In this document: positions 51,936-64,000 of the stretch, piece by piece
Layout of the letters: every line of letters starts with the position of its first letter
Numbering within the stretch: the first letter of the stretch is position 1
Assembly: GCA_951406725.2 (NCBI GenBank)
Contig: OX597820.1
Span: 17,546,001-17,610,000 of the forward strand
Length of the DNA stretch: 64,000 nucleotides
DNA from: Octopus vulgaris
Lineage: Eukaryota
Reading direction: 5' to 3'
The notes under the pieces: generated by a model
Told to the model about the DNA's origin: nothing
Seen by the model: only the letters and a program-made list of their open reading frames with translations
Database searches by the model: none
Made by a program: the position numbers and the translations under genes

Positions 51936-54705
51936 AAAAGGATGAAAGAGAAAGAGAGAATTTCAAGTTCAAAATACTGTGAATATGATAACACACGTTA
52001 GGCAGCGAGCTGGCAAAATCGTTGGCTCACCAGGCAAAAATTCTTCGTAGCATTTTGTCTGTTTCTGAGTTCAAATTCCGCCTAAATCGACTTTGTCTTT
52101 TATCCTTTTAGGATCGATAAAATAAGTACCAGTTGAGCACCGGAATCGAAGTAATCGATTGGCCTCTTGCCCCGAAAATGCTGTCCTTGTACCAAAGTTT
52201 GAAACCAATATTATAACGAAAGTTCTCGTTACCAGTTTGATGAATGGTTCAGTAGAACAGATTACTTGTGTCATCTTGTCAGTCACTCTAAAATATATTT
52301 TTTTTTTCTAATATAGGTACAAGGTTTGAAATTTGGGGGCAAGAGAATACTCGATTACATCAACACCTTTCGGGGTCGATACACACACACACACAAACAC
52401 ACACGCGCATACACATACACACTACTAACACTTGCCATTTTGGGGTCAGGTCTTGGAACAAGGCCAGAAATTACGGGGTAAATGGTTAAGTCGATTACAT
52501 CAACCCCAGTATGCAACTAATACTTATTTTATTGATTCCGAAAAGGATGAACGGCATAGTCGAACTGTGTGGAATTTGAGCTCAGGACATAAAGTCGGAC
52601 GAAATACGGCTAAGCATTTTATCCGGCTTGCTAACGATTCTGCCGGCTCACCGCTTTGCCAGTTGATAAAATTTTCAGAAATTTCATCAACACTTCTACC
52701 ACTGCACCACCCTTGATGTTAGTAAATATTAATGATGTTTTCTCATGGTTAATTAGATAAATAATCGTTCCCTTTCTAAAATATGGAAATTATTTTATAT
52801 CAAAATTAATTACCATGAAACGTAAATTAACCGTGTTGTTTATACATTGTTTCTTAAAGAATCTAACATCATTGAAAAATGTGGTAATTTATTCTCTGGC
52901 GGTTGTTTCATCTCTTCTCTGAAAATAATATGTTACAACATGTTAGTATCACATTTCTTTTATCTAGAAGAACTTATCTGTTTCATTATCATTCCATAAA
53001 GTAAATGGACACTCTAATTGCCTGCATCCTTTAATTAAACAAATAGTATTTCACTTTTTAATATGATAAATAATTCCTTACTTCTTTTGATTGCTCGACG
53101 TGTTCTTTTTGAGGCGGTAATTTTATTTTTTAAATATATTACGGTTATAAATTTTGTATTTCTTTACATTCTTAGTTCAAATCTTGTTGTTATCAGTTTT
53201 GTCTTTAGTCCTCCGTAGCTATGAAATGAATATCAGTCAGGTACCGACATCGAGTTTTGGGCCCGCCTTTAAATTTTGTGCTTTTGTACCAAAGCTAGAA
53301 ATCATTTTAATAATTTGCACTTGCTACAAGTAGCACGGAAAGTTATATTTGAATGTTGTTGAAAACGTAAATAAATATGGAATTACGTAAATGTATTTGA
53401 TGTCATATAAGACACGCTTTTTTCCTCAAAAAACGTCTCAAAAAATATCACCCGAGTTCTGTACGCATAAGCTTCATTTGACTGGAAAGTTCTCCAAAAC
53501 TGACCAGTAGTTCGTCCTCGTCAGCGCTCAGAGTTTCTTTCGAGAACGTCATAGCTCTTTGTCTCTCTCTCACACACACTAGATTTGTAAACATTTCTAA
53601 AGTAGAACTCCCACTGACCAGTAAAGGACGATGAGCGCCTGACGACATTTCTATAAAGAGTCTGAGGTTTGATCCAATTTGAAATCTCTTACAAAGCCAC
53701 CACCATTGGACTGGCCAAATATCTTAAAACATCTAACAATGGATGCTAAAACTCGTTGAAAACCACGAGAGTGAGTTCATGAACAGTATGATGGAAGTGC
53801 GGGAACTGTTGTTGCAAAGAAGGTGAAATGGAGGAATGTGCTGTAACAGTACGTCGCTGCATCTATCATTTGTCGGTGCTTTCTACTCCTGGCAGGTGGC
53901 GCCTTTGGACCACTCAAGCAACGACCTTCTAACCTATGGGTTTTTGGGGAGGTAGTCGTTGCTGACGAGGGTTTAATGAGGTCGGAATGCAAATTCTACC
54001 TCAACCACTTATAGTCGCCTTTTACGACACACGGATGATAAATTGGATTCTATTCTTTGGCATAACGGTCCCCATACAGCAATATAGCTACGTGAAATGA
54101 TGTTTTGCTCAAGAACACAAAACGCCATCCGGCCCAGGAATCGAACTCACGATCTGGCAATCGTAAGTGCAACGCCCAAACCATTGGGCTATGCGCCTTT
54201 ATTACTATAGGCTACTTTTTTTCTGGAGGGTTTCATCTATCTGCTTGTCACCATAATAGTAATAGTATTTACTTAAATATTATTAGTATTATGTGTACTG
54301 TAAAAGGTATTCTTATAATGTTTTGCAATGTGCTGGCACTCCTATTTCGTCTGTCTTTACGGTCTGAGTTCAAATTCTGCTAGAGTCGACTTTGCCTTTC
54401 ATCCTTTCGGAGTCGATAAATTAAGTGCCAGTTGCGTACTGGCGTAGATCTAATCGACTGGCCCCTCCCCAAAAATGTCGGGCCTTGTGCCTAGAGTAGA
54501 AAAACATTAGCATGCCGGGCAAAATGTTTAGCAATATTTCATCTGTCTTTCCGTTGTGAGTTCAAATTCCGCCGAGGTCGACTTTGCCTTTCATCCTTTC
54601 GGGGTCAATAAATTAAGTACCAGTTGGGTACTGGGGTTCGATCTAATCGACTGGCTGCCTCCCCCTAAATTTCGGGCCTTGTACCTAGAGTAGAAAAGAA
54701 TATAC

Positions 54706-55030
54706 TGGCACTCCGTCAGTTACGACGACGAGGGTTCCAGTTGATCCGATCAACAGAACGACCTGCTCGTGAAATTAACATGCAAGCGACTGAGCAACCC
54801 ACAGACACGTGTACCCTTCATGTAATTCTCACGGAGATTCAGCGTGACACAGAAAGGGGAAAAGCTGGCCCCTTTGAAATACAGTTAATACTCATTTTTG
54901 CCAGCTCGGTGGACTGGAGCAGCGAGAAATAAAGTGCTTTGTTTAAGGACAAAACTCCTCGCCGGGAATTGAACTCACGACCATACGATAGTGAACCGAA
55001 CACCCTAACCACTAAGTTACCCGCTTTCAC
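54706..55030 (-). mobile_element. SINE family D
   Basis: Reverse complement of 55406-55727. Confidence 0.75.
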
Positions 55031-55405
55031 AATGTACAGGTAAATTGCTTTAAATATCGGTTTCGAATTTTAGCGTAAGTCTAGTAATTTGCGGGAGGGG
55101 ATAAGTCGATTTCATTGATCCTAGTGTTCGACTGGTACTCAATCGACTCCGAAGAGATGAAAGGCAAAGACGACCACCGAGGAATAAATTGCTTTAAATA
55201 TTACATGCTTTAATGCACTTAAAACTGTTTTCCTGACTATGAGTTGCTGAACGTGGACTGCGTCTGATATACCCATGTGTAGTTTATGCTACCGTATATT
55301 TACTGTTGTATTAACTCTAAACAATGATCTCTTATTTTGGAACAATTCTACACGTTTGATTCAGAGGTGTGCACAATTGATTCATATATATATATTATCG
55401 ACAGT

Positions 55406-55727
55406 GAAGGCGCGTGGTATGGTGGTTAGGGCATTCGGCTCATGATTGTAAGGTCGCGAGTTCAATTCCCGGCGACGCGTTGTGTCCTTGAGCAAGACAC
55501 TTTATTTTACGTTGCTCCAGTCCACTCAGCTGGCAAAAATGAGTAGCACCTGTATTTCAAAGGGGTCAGTCTTGTCACATATTGTGTCACGCTGAATCTC
55601 CCCGAGAACAACGTTAAGGGTACACGTATCTGTAGAGTGCTCAGCCACTTGCACATTAATTTCACGAGCAAGCTGTTCCCTTGATCGTATCAGCTGGGAC
55701 CCTCGTCGTCGCAACGACGGAGTGCCC
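55406..55727 (+). mobile_element. SINE family D (tRNA head, ttgtgtccttgagcaagacact central domain)
   Basis: A/B boxes; approximate TSD tattatcg(a/g)ca. Confidence 0.8.
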
Positions 55728-56269
55728 CTTATTATCGGCAAATTCTATATCAGCTGTAAAAGAACTAAGAAAATTATAAAACGATATAACAGAATATCTC
55801 AGTGCATTTAATCAAGATCCGGCACTTTCCGATTTATACATGGTTTGCCAAAAGTACCCCGAAAGTAAATCAAAATTCCATGAATACCTAATATTTAATT
55901 TTTTTTATTCATTCCAATTATGAATGTTTAATAAACGAATGCTCTGATTTAAAACCATCATTATTTGTTTCAACATTTATTAATCATGTTTGATATAAAA
56001 TAATTTTTGTTTTGAGCTTGGAATAAAATGGGTTTGATTTACTGTCAGATGGCTTTCAGTTCGTGTGTCCCATAGCTAGCTAGAAGCGATGGCCTTTTGG
56101 AGCTAATCAACGGTAGCATTCGTCCTATATTTCTGGACTGCCATATTAGCTTGGCGATTACTATTAATATCCAGTACCGCTGTCGTAGTCTCCTTTAGAG
56201 AGACTTAGAAATAATAATATTTCTATGTATGTATATATATATATATATATATACATACATTATATTTGT

Positions 56270-56311
<42 letters not shown>

Positions 56312-56447
56312 CGGTGAGCTTCTTTCTGCTCCCATCTACCAGATCCAATCATGAGGGTCTAGAATAGAAGATTCTTGCCACGTAAAGGAACTGAAACCGG
56401 AACTATGTCACTGGTAAACAAACTTCGTATCACACAGCCACGGTTAA

Positions 56448-56480
<33 letters not shown>

Positions 56481-57346
56481 GATATATAGATAGTATCTAT
56501 ATATATATGTATGTGTGTGTATACATTTATTTTTATATATAAATATATATATATATATATATAATATTAGGGAGTATAACTCCAAACTTATATTATTTGT
56601 TATTTACGTATTGTTTTACGTCTATCGCTGTTTGAGTTGCATAATAGTGGTTTTACCTCTAATTTATATTATATATATATATATAATACATAAATATACA
56701 CACACATGAATACACACACACACATATATTATGCCACGCATTTGTTAGTTAAAGGTTTCCAACGGGGCAATCATTGGCTCACTGAAAGGATGATAATAAG
56801 TGACGATGGTTTGTAGTTATTGATCTGAGCCGATTTAGATGTTCTTTAGTCTCACTCGAACCATAATCAAGTAAACCACCAGATGGAAATGGGTTCCAAC
56901 CGTGACTAGTTAATCAATTTTTTTAATATATTTATTTATTTTTATGTATCAGAGGAAGATTGTCTACAATCGTACTATCTAACATTTATTTCCTTTTATT
57001 TAAGGAACTAACATGTGATTTGATTCTGGTTTAACCGATATTCACAACAGACTGAGCAACAGAATAAAACCTCGCCCGTTCACGCCAGGTCGATCTAAGT
57101 GGCAGCTGAAACAAGTATCAAATATGGTCTCGACTCTGTCATCTTCACAGTCTTATAATGGTTAAATGCTGTTATAGTGTGTTATATAGAAACTGTGTAA
57201 TGAAAGACGTAAAGACGTATCCTTATTTATTTTTCCCCAACTAAACTAAGTGGGGAGAGGAGAAAAGTAGATATATAGCATGCTATATGTACATATATAT
57301 TTATGCATGGACACACATATATATATATATATATATATAATATTTA

Positions 57347-57395
<49 letters not shown>

Positions 57396-57397
57396 TA

Positions 57398-57461
<64 letters not shown>

Positions 57462-57471
57462 TATATATATA

Positions 57472-57540
<69 letters not shown>

Positions 57541-57592
57541 ATATATATATATAATATATATATATAATATATATATAATATATATATATAAT

Positions 57593-57626
<34 letters not shown>

Positions 57627-57681
57627 AAATATATATATACATATATACATATATTTATATATACATATATACATATATATA

Positions 57682-57715
<34 letters not shown>

Positions 57716-57809
57716 AGTAAATTTATTATATGTATGACAGACAAAGGGACATGTACACACTATGTACCAAAGTATACATGTAGCCTGTTATATATATATA
57801 TATACATAC

Positions 57810-57841
<32 letters not shown>

Positions 57842-57929
57842 GCAGACAGACAGACAGACAAAGACAGAGATAGACAGACTGATAGGGAGCCATATAGGTA
57901 GGTAGGTAGATGGATAGACAGACTGATAA

Positions 57930-58027
<98 letters not shown>

Positions 58028-60189
58028 CAAATATATCGATTGGATAATTGATTTATGGATTGATGCATCTGTTAACAGACCTCAGAAATTCTCCTTGCAT
58101 CTCTAACCTAAACGAATTCCATTCCTTATTTATGGCAAACTAGAAATTATTATTCCCGACTACTTTGTCATCTAACTATAGTCTATAGATTAGAGAACGT
58201 TATTACCTTTTCACAGTGGGTGAACATCAACTGAAGAATGTTTTTAGTTGATAGACAATATTTTAGTCAAAACAGAACAAAGGTCATGGTTGATGTATTT
58301 ATTTCTTTGCAGTAGGCCTTCTTGAATTTTCTCTCTTCATTTTTCTTTTACTCGTTTCATGCATTGCATGGGAGTTCTGCTGAGGCCCCATTGAAAAGGG
58401 TTTAGTTGAACAAACCGCAAGCTGGTACTGATTTTTAAGCCTGGTACTTATTTCATCGGTCTGTTTTCGCTGCACCGCTAAGCTACGGGGGCGTAAAATA
58501 ACCAATAACTGTAGTCAATCGGTGTGGGTGTACAAACACAAGTATAAAGATATAAACACATAGACATACGCACAATAATCGATTATTGGCTGCCCGACAT
58601 CCATTCGTATATCTACGCTCACTATAGTAGAAATGTGGTTTTATTTCCTTGCTTAGTCAATCATTTCTGGTGTAATCAGCGAAAAGTTGTTTTCACATTC
58701 GGATATTTCAATATGGTATTGTCCCAAAGAGAAACAAAAGTTATCCAAATCCGGAGTATACAATAACATTGTGTTCCACAGCAGTGTTGCATTTAATTGC
58801 GAACATTAATGCGGCGAGTCGAGGAATGAAATTGGTATTAATATAAGATCACTTATTCGTGAAAATCAAGAATCGAACAATTCATTTCCTGAAGATTCTG
58901 CAATATTAATAAGGATCTTATGAAATGAGATAACTGAATGGAGATATTTATTAAAGAATCGGGATGTTACAAGAAATAGTACAAGTATAATGTTACAATC
59001 AATGCTACTTGACAAGGCTTTCTGTTATATATTTCAATATGTCGTGGAAATAGCCTCGCGTCTTTGAAATAGAAATTCTGAAAGACCGATATTTCTGAAA
59101 ATTATCCTGTTTTGGTCATCAGTTCCTGACTACAAAACATTCTTATAAAACAAACGGCGAATAAGAACCACCAACATATTATGGTCTCTTATTTACTGTA
59201 TGTCTGGTGAGCTGTGTGTGCTATATCTAATAAAATAAAACAATTGCTTTGTCTGTTTCGACGTACATTAATCATGGTAAGCCTCGTGTGTTTGCATAAA
59301 ATAGCCTAACATATATAGTTTCAAAGGGAGACTGTTAAAGAGTTTAATAAATGATATAAAACCATTCAGAAAATAAAAATATACATGAAAAACATCATTG
59401 CATTCAAACTACTCAAAATAACTTTCTCACTTTCTCCTTATGATGCAGTTATAAATTACGAGTACAATGGGAAATCACGGGAAGGTGAAATAAAATTCAT
59501 GCATCACAAATCTCAAATTGAAATTGAACATAAATAATAGCTACCACTTTCATTTGACGGTGCACCGGTGTTATATTCACCTGCTAGGTTGTATGATTAA
59601 CCGTAGGAAGTAAAGATGAATATAATTTTCTCAAGCTGATATGTACTTGGCAGTCTCTTTCGTGAATTCCTGCTCACAGGCTTTAGATACTGAACAATAA
59701 ATTTAATATTAATAAAATATTTAGTATTTATAAGATAATTTGTGCATCCATCCAATTAATAGCTCAGAGTGATACGAAATATACAGAAGAGAAGTTTGAC
59801 TTGTGGCCAGTTAAACACACACAAACACACACATACACACACAGAGGGTATGGTACTAATATCAAAGTGGGGGCACAGAATCTCTTGGAAACAATTACTT
59901 CAGGTGTAGATTTAAAACATATCTAAAACAACCAAAAGGAAGCCAAGCAATGGTAACTTTGATGGGAATTATTAAATACCTACTCGAATTCGCTAAATTC
60001 TAAACGGAGGTTGTTACATTTGTTTGCGGTTGTAATATTTGGGTTTATGGAGAGAAAAGGGTACTTTTTGCAAATGTAATGAAAATGGAACTCAAACCAG
60101 AGAGAGATGAAATGTAGCCACAAGAGTCTCCGTTTCCAACACATTTAGCTACAGCCCCAGCAACGATATTCACATAGGAATCAGTGCAT

Positions 60190-60400
60190 TCTTTTACTCT
60201 TTTACTTGTTTCAGTCATTTGACTGCGGCCATGCTGGAGCAACGCCTTTAGTCGAGCAAATCGAACCCAGGATTTATTCTTTGTAAGCCTAATACTTATT
60301 CCATCGGTCTCTTTAGCCGAACCGCTAAGTTTCGGGGATGTAAACACACCAGCATCGGTTGTCAAGTGATGTTGGTAGGACAAACACAGACACGCAAACA
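60190..60400 (-). mobile_element. SINE-A 3' half, interrupted in its microsatellite by foldback F1 copy 2
   Basis: Family-A tail; a short continuation tacgatgggctt reappears at about 60852. Confidence 0.8.
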
Positions 60401-60408
60401 CACACACA

Positions 60409-60467
<59 letters not shown>

Positions 60468-60827
60468 TTAAAAAAAGGAGATGTCGAACACGAGTGGTGA
60501 TATATAAAAAAGGAAATGAAGAAAATGCTGACAAATAATTGAAGTAATTTAAGTAATTTAATTAGGTGAAAGTTCTTTTTACCGGTTGCGCATTTGTTAT
60601 GCTTATCAAAATATAAAAAGAGAGATTAGAGTTCCTTTCTTATAGAATTTTTCCTCTTATCGGAAAGATAAGAGGAAAAATTCTATAAGAAAGGAACTCT
60701 AATCTCTCTTTATATTTTGATAAGCATAACAAATGCGCAACCGGTAAAAAGAACTTTCACCTAATTAAATTACTTAAATTACTTCAATTATTTGTCAGCA
60801 TTTTCTTCATTTCCTTTTTTTTATATA
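60468..60827. mobile_element. Foldback element, family F1 copy 2: palindrome 60501-60827 with 5-nt loop plus the same tail
   Basis: Same sequence family as 7109-7470. Centre cctcttatc-ggaaa-gataagagg. It lies in the (CA)n(TA)n tract of a SINE. Confidence 0.85.
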
Positions 60828-61083
60828 TATATATATATATACATACATATATACGATGGGCTTATATATATATATAAGAGAGATGTCCACGTAGTGGACA
60901 TCTATTATGCTAGAAGTAGATCCACTATGGTCTTACCACTAAGAAAGGAATGTTCTTGGGAACATTTTATGTGTATGTAATATAATTTTTCTGAATCTTC
61001 AGATTTTAATATGCTGGACCACTGATTTTAAATTGATATTAATCGAATTAATATTCAATATTTTTACCCTTATTATTTTTAAG

Positions 61084-61126
<43 letters not shown>

Positions 61127-61127
<1 letters not shown>

Positions 61128-61500
61128 GAGGGAGTACTCGCAAAAGAAACAAGAATTTTGCAATATTATTTTCGCTTAGTTTTACATGTTTACACTTTTA
61201 TCGCCTTTAGAGTATTCTTCATTTGAAGCAATGCATCAATCTAGACGCATTTTCCACTATTCGAAACAGTGCTGGAACTTCTGCAAAGTAATGCCATTAA
61301 GCAACGCCTTTGTTGTTTTTTTTACTTCATCGCTTCCACATCGGCAAATTCCGTGGCACCAGCTTTCGTCACCAGTAGTGAACTTGGAAGAAAGTCCGGA
61401 TCAACTTCGAACTCTTCTTTCAGTTTACGACACGCATTCAGTCGTGACTGCTTTTGATCTTCCGTGAGCAAGGGAGGCACATGTTTTGCAGCACGTTATA
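61127..61500 (-). mobile_element. Internally deleted mariner fragment of a second family
   Basis: Minus strand: AAKHVPPLLTEDQK, DPDFL, TGDESWCH joined directly to the C-terminal FQHCFE*WKMRLD*CIASNEEY. Terminus TA|CGAGGG at 61125. Confidence 0.75.
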
Positions 61501-61593
61501 ACAAAACGATGCGAAGCGGCAAAAGCCTAAACTTCAACGGGTTTGTCCCACAAAGAGCGTTTCTGGTTACTTGGGGGTTATCCCCTCATATAT

Positions 61594-61666
<73 letters not shown>

Positions 61667-61727
61667 AAAAAATGAAGTTCGAAAATGCTGCTGTATTATA
61701 CAATTTTTAATTTTTATATATACATTA

Positions 61728-61762
61728 TAACATGTTTCAGTTCCTGAAATGAACCTTATCAA
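61728..61762 (-). ncRNA. Minimal hammerhead-like motif near the 3' end of the PLE
   Basis: Minus strand TTGATAA-GGTTC-atttcag-GAACT-GAAA-CATGT-T: U3/A8 core variant, 5-bp stem II, palindromic ACATGT stem III. Stem I is poor. Confidence 0.4.
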
Positions 61763-62142
61763 AAAAAGTTATATATAAAAAGAGACAGCTCATGCCGTCA
61801 AACACAAGAAATTCATTTATAATACACAACGGAGTCAGACATCTTAGAGTTCATGTATAGTTGATATATAGTTCATGTATAGTTGATATATAGTTTGAAG
61901 TATATGTTCAAAGTGTTCGATGCAGTGGCCCACGGTGGCGATACGTATTCAATACAAAAAACAGATCAAAGTGGTGGAAAGCGGTCAATACAGAAGATTG
62001 ATGTTTCCGAAAGAGCGAGGAATTCATTTTTACCTTAAGCAATTGTGATGACCCATGGTGGAAGTTCGCTGGGTGGTTCTAGTGAGTTTTTGTGAAATGC
62101 TCGGTTTTATAATGCCTGTTAGGTGGTCAATCTAGCGTAGCG

Positions 62143-62478
62143 TGACGTCATCAATGTTTTGACCAATCGTTTCGTTAGGTGGCTTTAATCAAGTGGAACG
62201 GGACGTCATCATTATTTTGACCAATCGCTGCATTATAACTCCCTCTTGTTTGTTTCCTGTCTTGACCAGTCGCTTCGTTAGTCAAGCATAGCGGGACGTC
62301 ATCCAGATTCTGCCCAATCACGACTTATAGCTACATTAGATCTGCCCCCTGTCTGTACTTGTTAGGTGACTATTCAAGCAGAAAAGGACGTCATCAATAT
62401 TCTGACTAATGACTGTCCCCTGTTTGTATCCTGTCCATTCTAGCAGAGCTAGACGTCATCAACTTGTTGACCAATCAG
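62143..62478 (+). promoter_or_regulatory. Array of five GACGTCATC-N10-CCAAT composite modules (CRE/ATF-like + NF-Y-like) in the PLE 3' region
   Basis: GACGTC starts at 62144, 62202, 62295, 62387, 62452. CCAAT (CTAAT in the fourth) starts at 62163, 62221, 62314, 62406, 62471. The offset is 19 nt each time. Confidence 0.6.
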
Positions 62479-62643
62479 AATCGGGTCTGACCCTTAGCTG
62501 TATCGTATGTATCAGGGTCAGATTTGCACGAAATAATTTTTTTCCTTTTTTACTAAGGCATATTTCCGTCAGAGTGAGTGTCTGTTTGAAGTAGCGGCCG
62601 TGGTGAAATTTGGTTCTCCTTATCGGAGGACTTATCTTTTGTT

Positions 62644-63999
62644 TTAGTATTCCTGGCCCAGGGTGTTTAAACTTGGTCTAAATTTTTTTATGAAATATAG
62701 TTCTTTATTTTGGCGTTGTGTGAAGGTTGCGTTGTCACTGAATTTATAGAGCGGGTTAGTTGTAAATTTCGGATTTACATTTCCAGCACATCTATCTATG
62801 TGTCCGCTGACCGGTATTTTGCGGTAATCAGGGTTTCTAATTTGTGATTTATGCACCGCCATCCTGTTACGTAAGCTATTTTTTGTATGGCCTATATACT
62901 GCCTATTGCAGCCTGCGCATGTTATGACGTAAATTAAGTTTTCTGATGCGCAGGTGAAGTTTGTTCTAATGGTGAACTGGTGGCCTTGTTCCAGTATAAA
63001 TTCTGATCCTTCTTTCAAGATGACACAGATTCCGCAGTTGGGCCTTCCACATTTTCTAACTGCTGGTTTTGTGGTTGATGTTGAGTGCAGTGTAGCTTGG
63101 GTTAAAATCCTTTTCAAGGATTTTGGTTGCCGTTTACTTTTAATGATGGTGTGTGTTTCGAGGATCCGGTTCATCTTTGGGTCTCCCTTTAGTAGGGCTG
63201 TGCTTTGTAGTATGGTGTTGAAGGCCTCATTGTTGAGTGGGTTGTGTGTAGAGATGTAGGGACGGGTTTTTAATTGTTCTTTCTTTTTTGGTTTTGTTTG
63301 TCTCAGGTCTTCTATACTTAATTTAAGTACCCGTTGGATTGCACTGTCTATTAGGGGCTGTGGATAGTTTCTATTTGTGAGTGTGGTTCTAAGTTCCTGG
63401 AGACGTGTGTGTCGGGTGTTTGTGTCTGATATTATGGTGCAAATCCTTCTAGCTAAACAAAAAGGGACATTCATTCTAGTGTGTCGTGGGTGGCATGAAT
63501 CAAAGGGTAGGTACTGTTTAGAGTCTGTCGGTTTATAGTAGATATCTGTCTCTATTTTGTTGCCGGTTTTCTTAATGAGGATGTCTAAAAATGGTAATTC
63601 TTTTTCGTTGTGGTCCATCGTGAATTGTATATTGTCATTTATTCCATTTAATAGAATTTTAAATTCCTCAAGTTTCTCTATGCCTTTGTCCCAGATGATG
63701 AAACAGTCATCGAGGTATATTTTCCAGTTGTTATGGATATAGGTGGCGAAGGTGTTTCCATATTTCTCGAGTGTCATCCGGTATAGTATTTTCTCGAGGT
63801 ATCCCATCACTAGGTTGGCAAAAGATGGTGCAGTACGCGTGCCCATCGCTGTTCCCGATCTTTGCCTGTAGAAATCATTGTCAAAAATAAAATAATTGTT
63901 CTCTAAAATGAATCTAAGTCCTTCTATTATAAGGTCTTTGTTTATGCGAGTTGGGAGTTCAAAGGGGTAGTTATTCAGCCAGAAGGTGATTGCTTCTAT
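62644..63999 (-). CDS. Penelope-like element ORF (reverse transcriptase C-terminal half + Cys-rich linker + GIY-YIG endonuclease), 5' part beyond the window
   Basis: The frame is open from the window edge: ...ENNYFIFDNDFYRQRSGTAMGTRTAPSFANLVMG, YLDDCF, LPFLDI, DIYYKPTD..YLPFDSCHP, CGRPNCGIC, NLIYVITCAGCNRQYIGHT..LRNRMAVH. No stop in 451 codons. The Cys-rich linker suggests a Neptune-like clade (inference). Confidence 0.93.
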   Translation of the reverse strand: MEAITFWLNNYPFELPTRINKDLIIEGLRFILENNYFIFDNDFYRQRSGTAMGTRTAPSFANLVMGYLEKILYRMTLEKYGNTFATYIHNNWKIYLDDCFIIWDKGIEKLEEFKILLNGINDNIQFTMDHNEKELPFLDILIKKTGNKIETDIYYKPTDSKQYLPFDSCHPRHTRMNVPFCLARRICTIISDTNTRHTRLQELRTTLTNRNYPQPLIDSAIQRVLKLSIEDLRQTKPKKKEQLKTRPYISTHNPLNNEAFNTILQSTALLKGDPKMNRILETHTIIKSKRQPKSLKRILTQATLHSTSTTKPAVRKCGRPNCGICVILKEGSEFILEQGHQFTIRTNFTCASENLIYVITCAGCNRQYIGHTKNSLRNRMAVHKSQIRNPDYRKIPVSGHIDRCAGNVNPKFTTNPLYKFSDNATFTQRQNKELYFIKKFRPSLNTLGQEY

Positions 64000-64000
64000 T

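Larger units (their letters stand above)
61662..64000 (-). mobile_element. Penelope-like retroelement, 3' portion: ORF, about 1 kb of 3' region, ending at a (TA)n array
   Basis: ORF as above; repeated CRE/CCAAT modules at 62143-62478; hammerhead-like motif at 61728-61762; sequence runs into (TA)n at about 61661. Confidence 0.8.

Noticed and set aside
62954-63259. Plus-strand ORFs overlapping the PLE ORF
   Set aside because: Antisense shadows of the real minus-strand frame.

Overview
Eukaryotic, very AT-rich and microsatellite-dense genomic DNA. The SINE families and the neuropeptide suggest a coleoid cephalopod, probably Octopus (inference). There is one clear host gene: a coding exon at 16705-17391 (+) for a W-x5-Wamide (WWamide / MIP / allatostatin-B family) neuropeptide precursor with four amidated peptides. 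The rest is mobile DNA: a Penelope-like element (PLE) with an uninterrupted RT + GIY-YIG reading frame running off the right end, a decayed Naiad-like PLE, two mariner remnants, a pogo remnant, RTE and RLE-type LINE fragments, two non-autonomous Helitrons and about 40 tRNA-derived SINE copies or fragments. The most striking unexplained structure is a set of short non-coding foldback (palindromic) elements in or beside (TA)n arrays. Several carry minimal type-I hammerhead-ribozyme-like motifs and a one-sided tail, and one fuses a tRNA-like Pol III head to a hammerhead tail. The PLE 3' region also holds a five-fold CRE-like + CCAAT module with exact 19-nt spacing. Nearly all other ORFs in the supplied track are microsatellite or SINE artefacts. 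Coordinates were read by eye; repeat boundaries are approximate.
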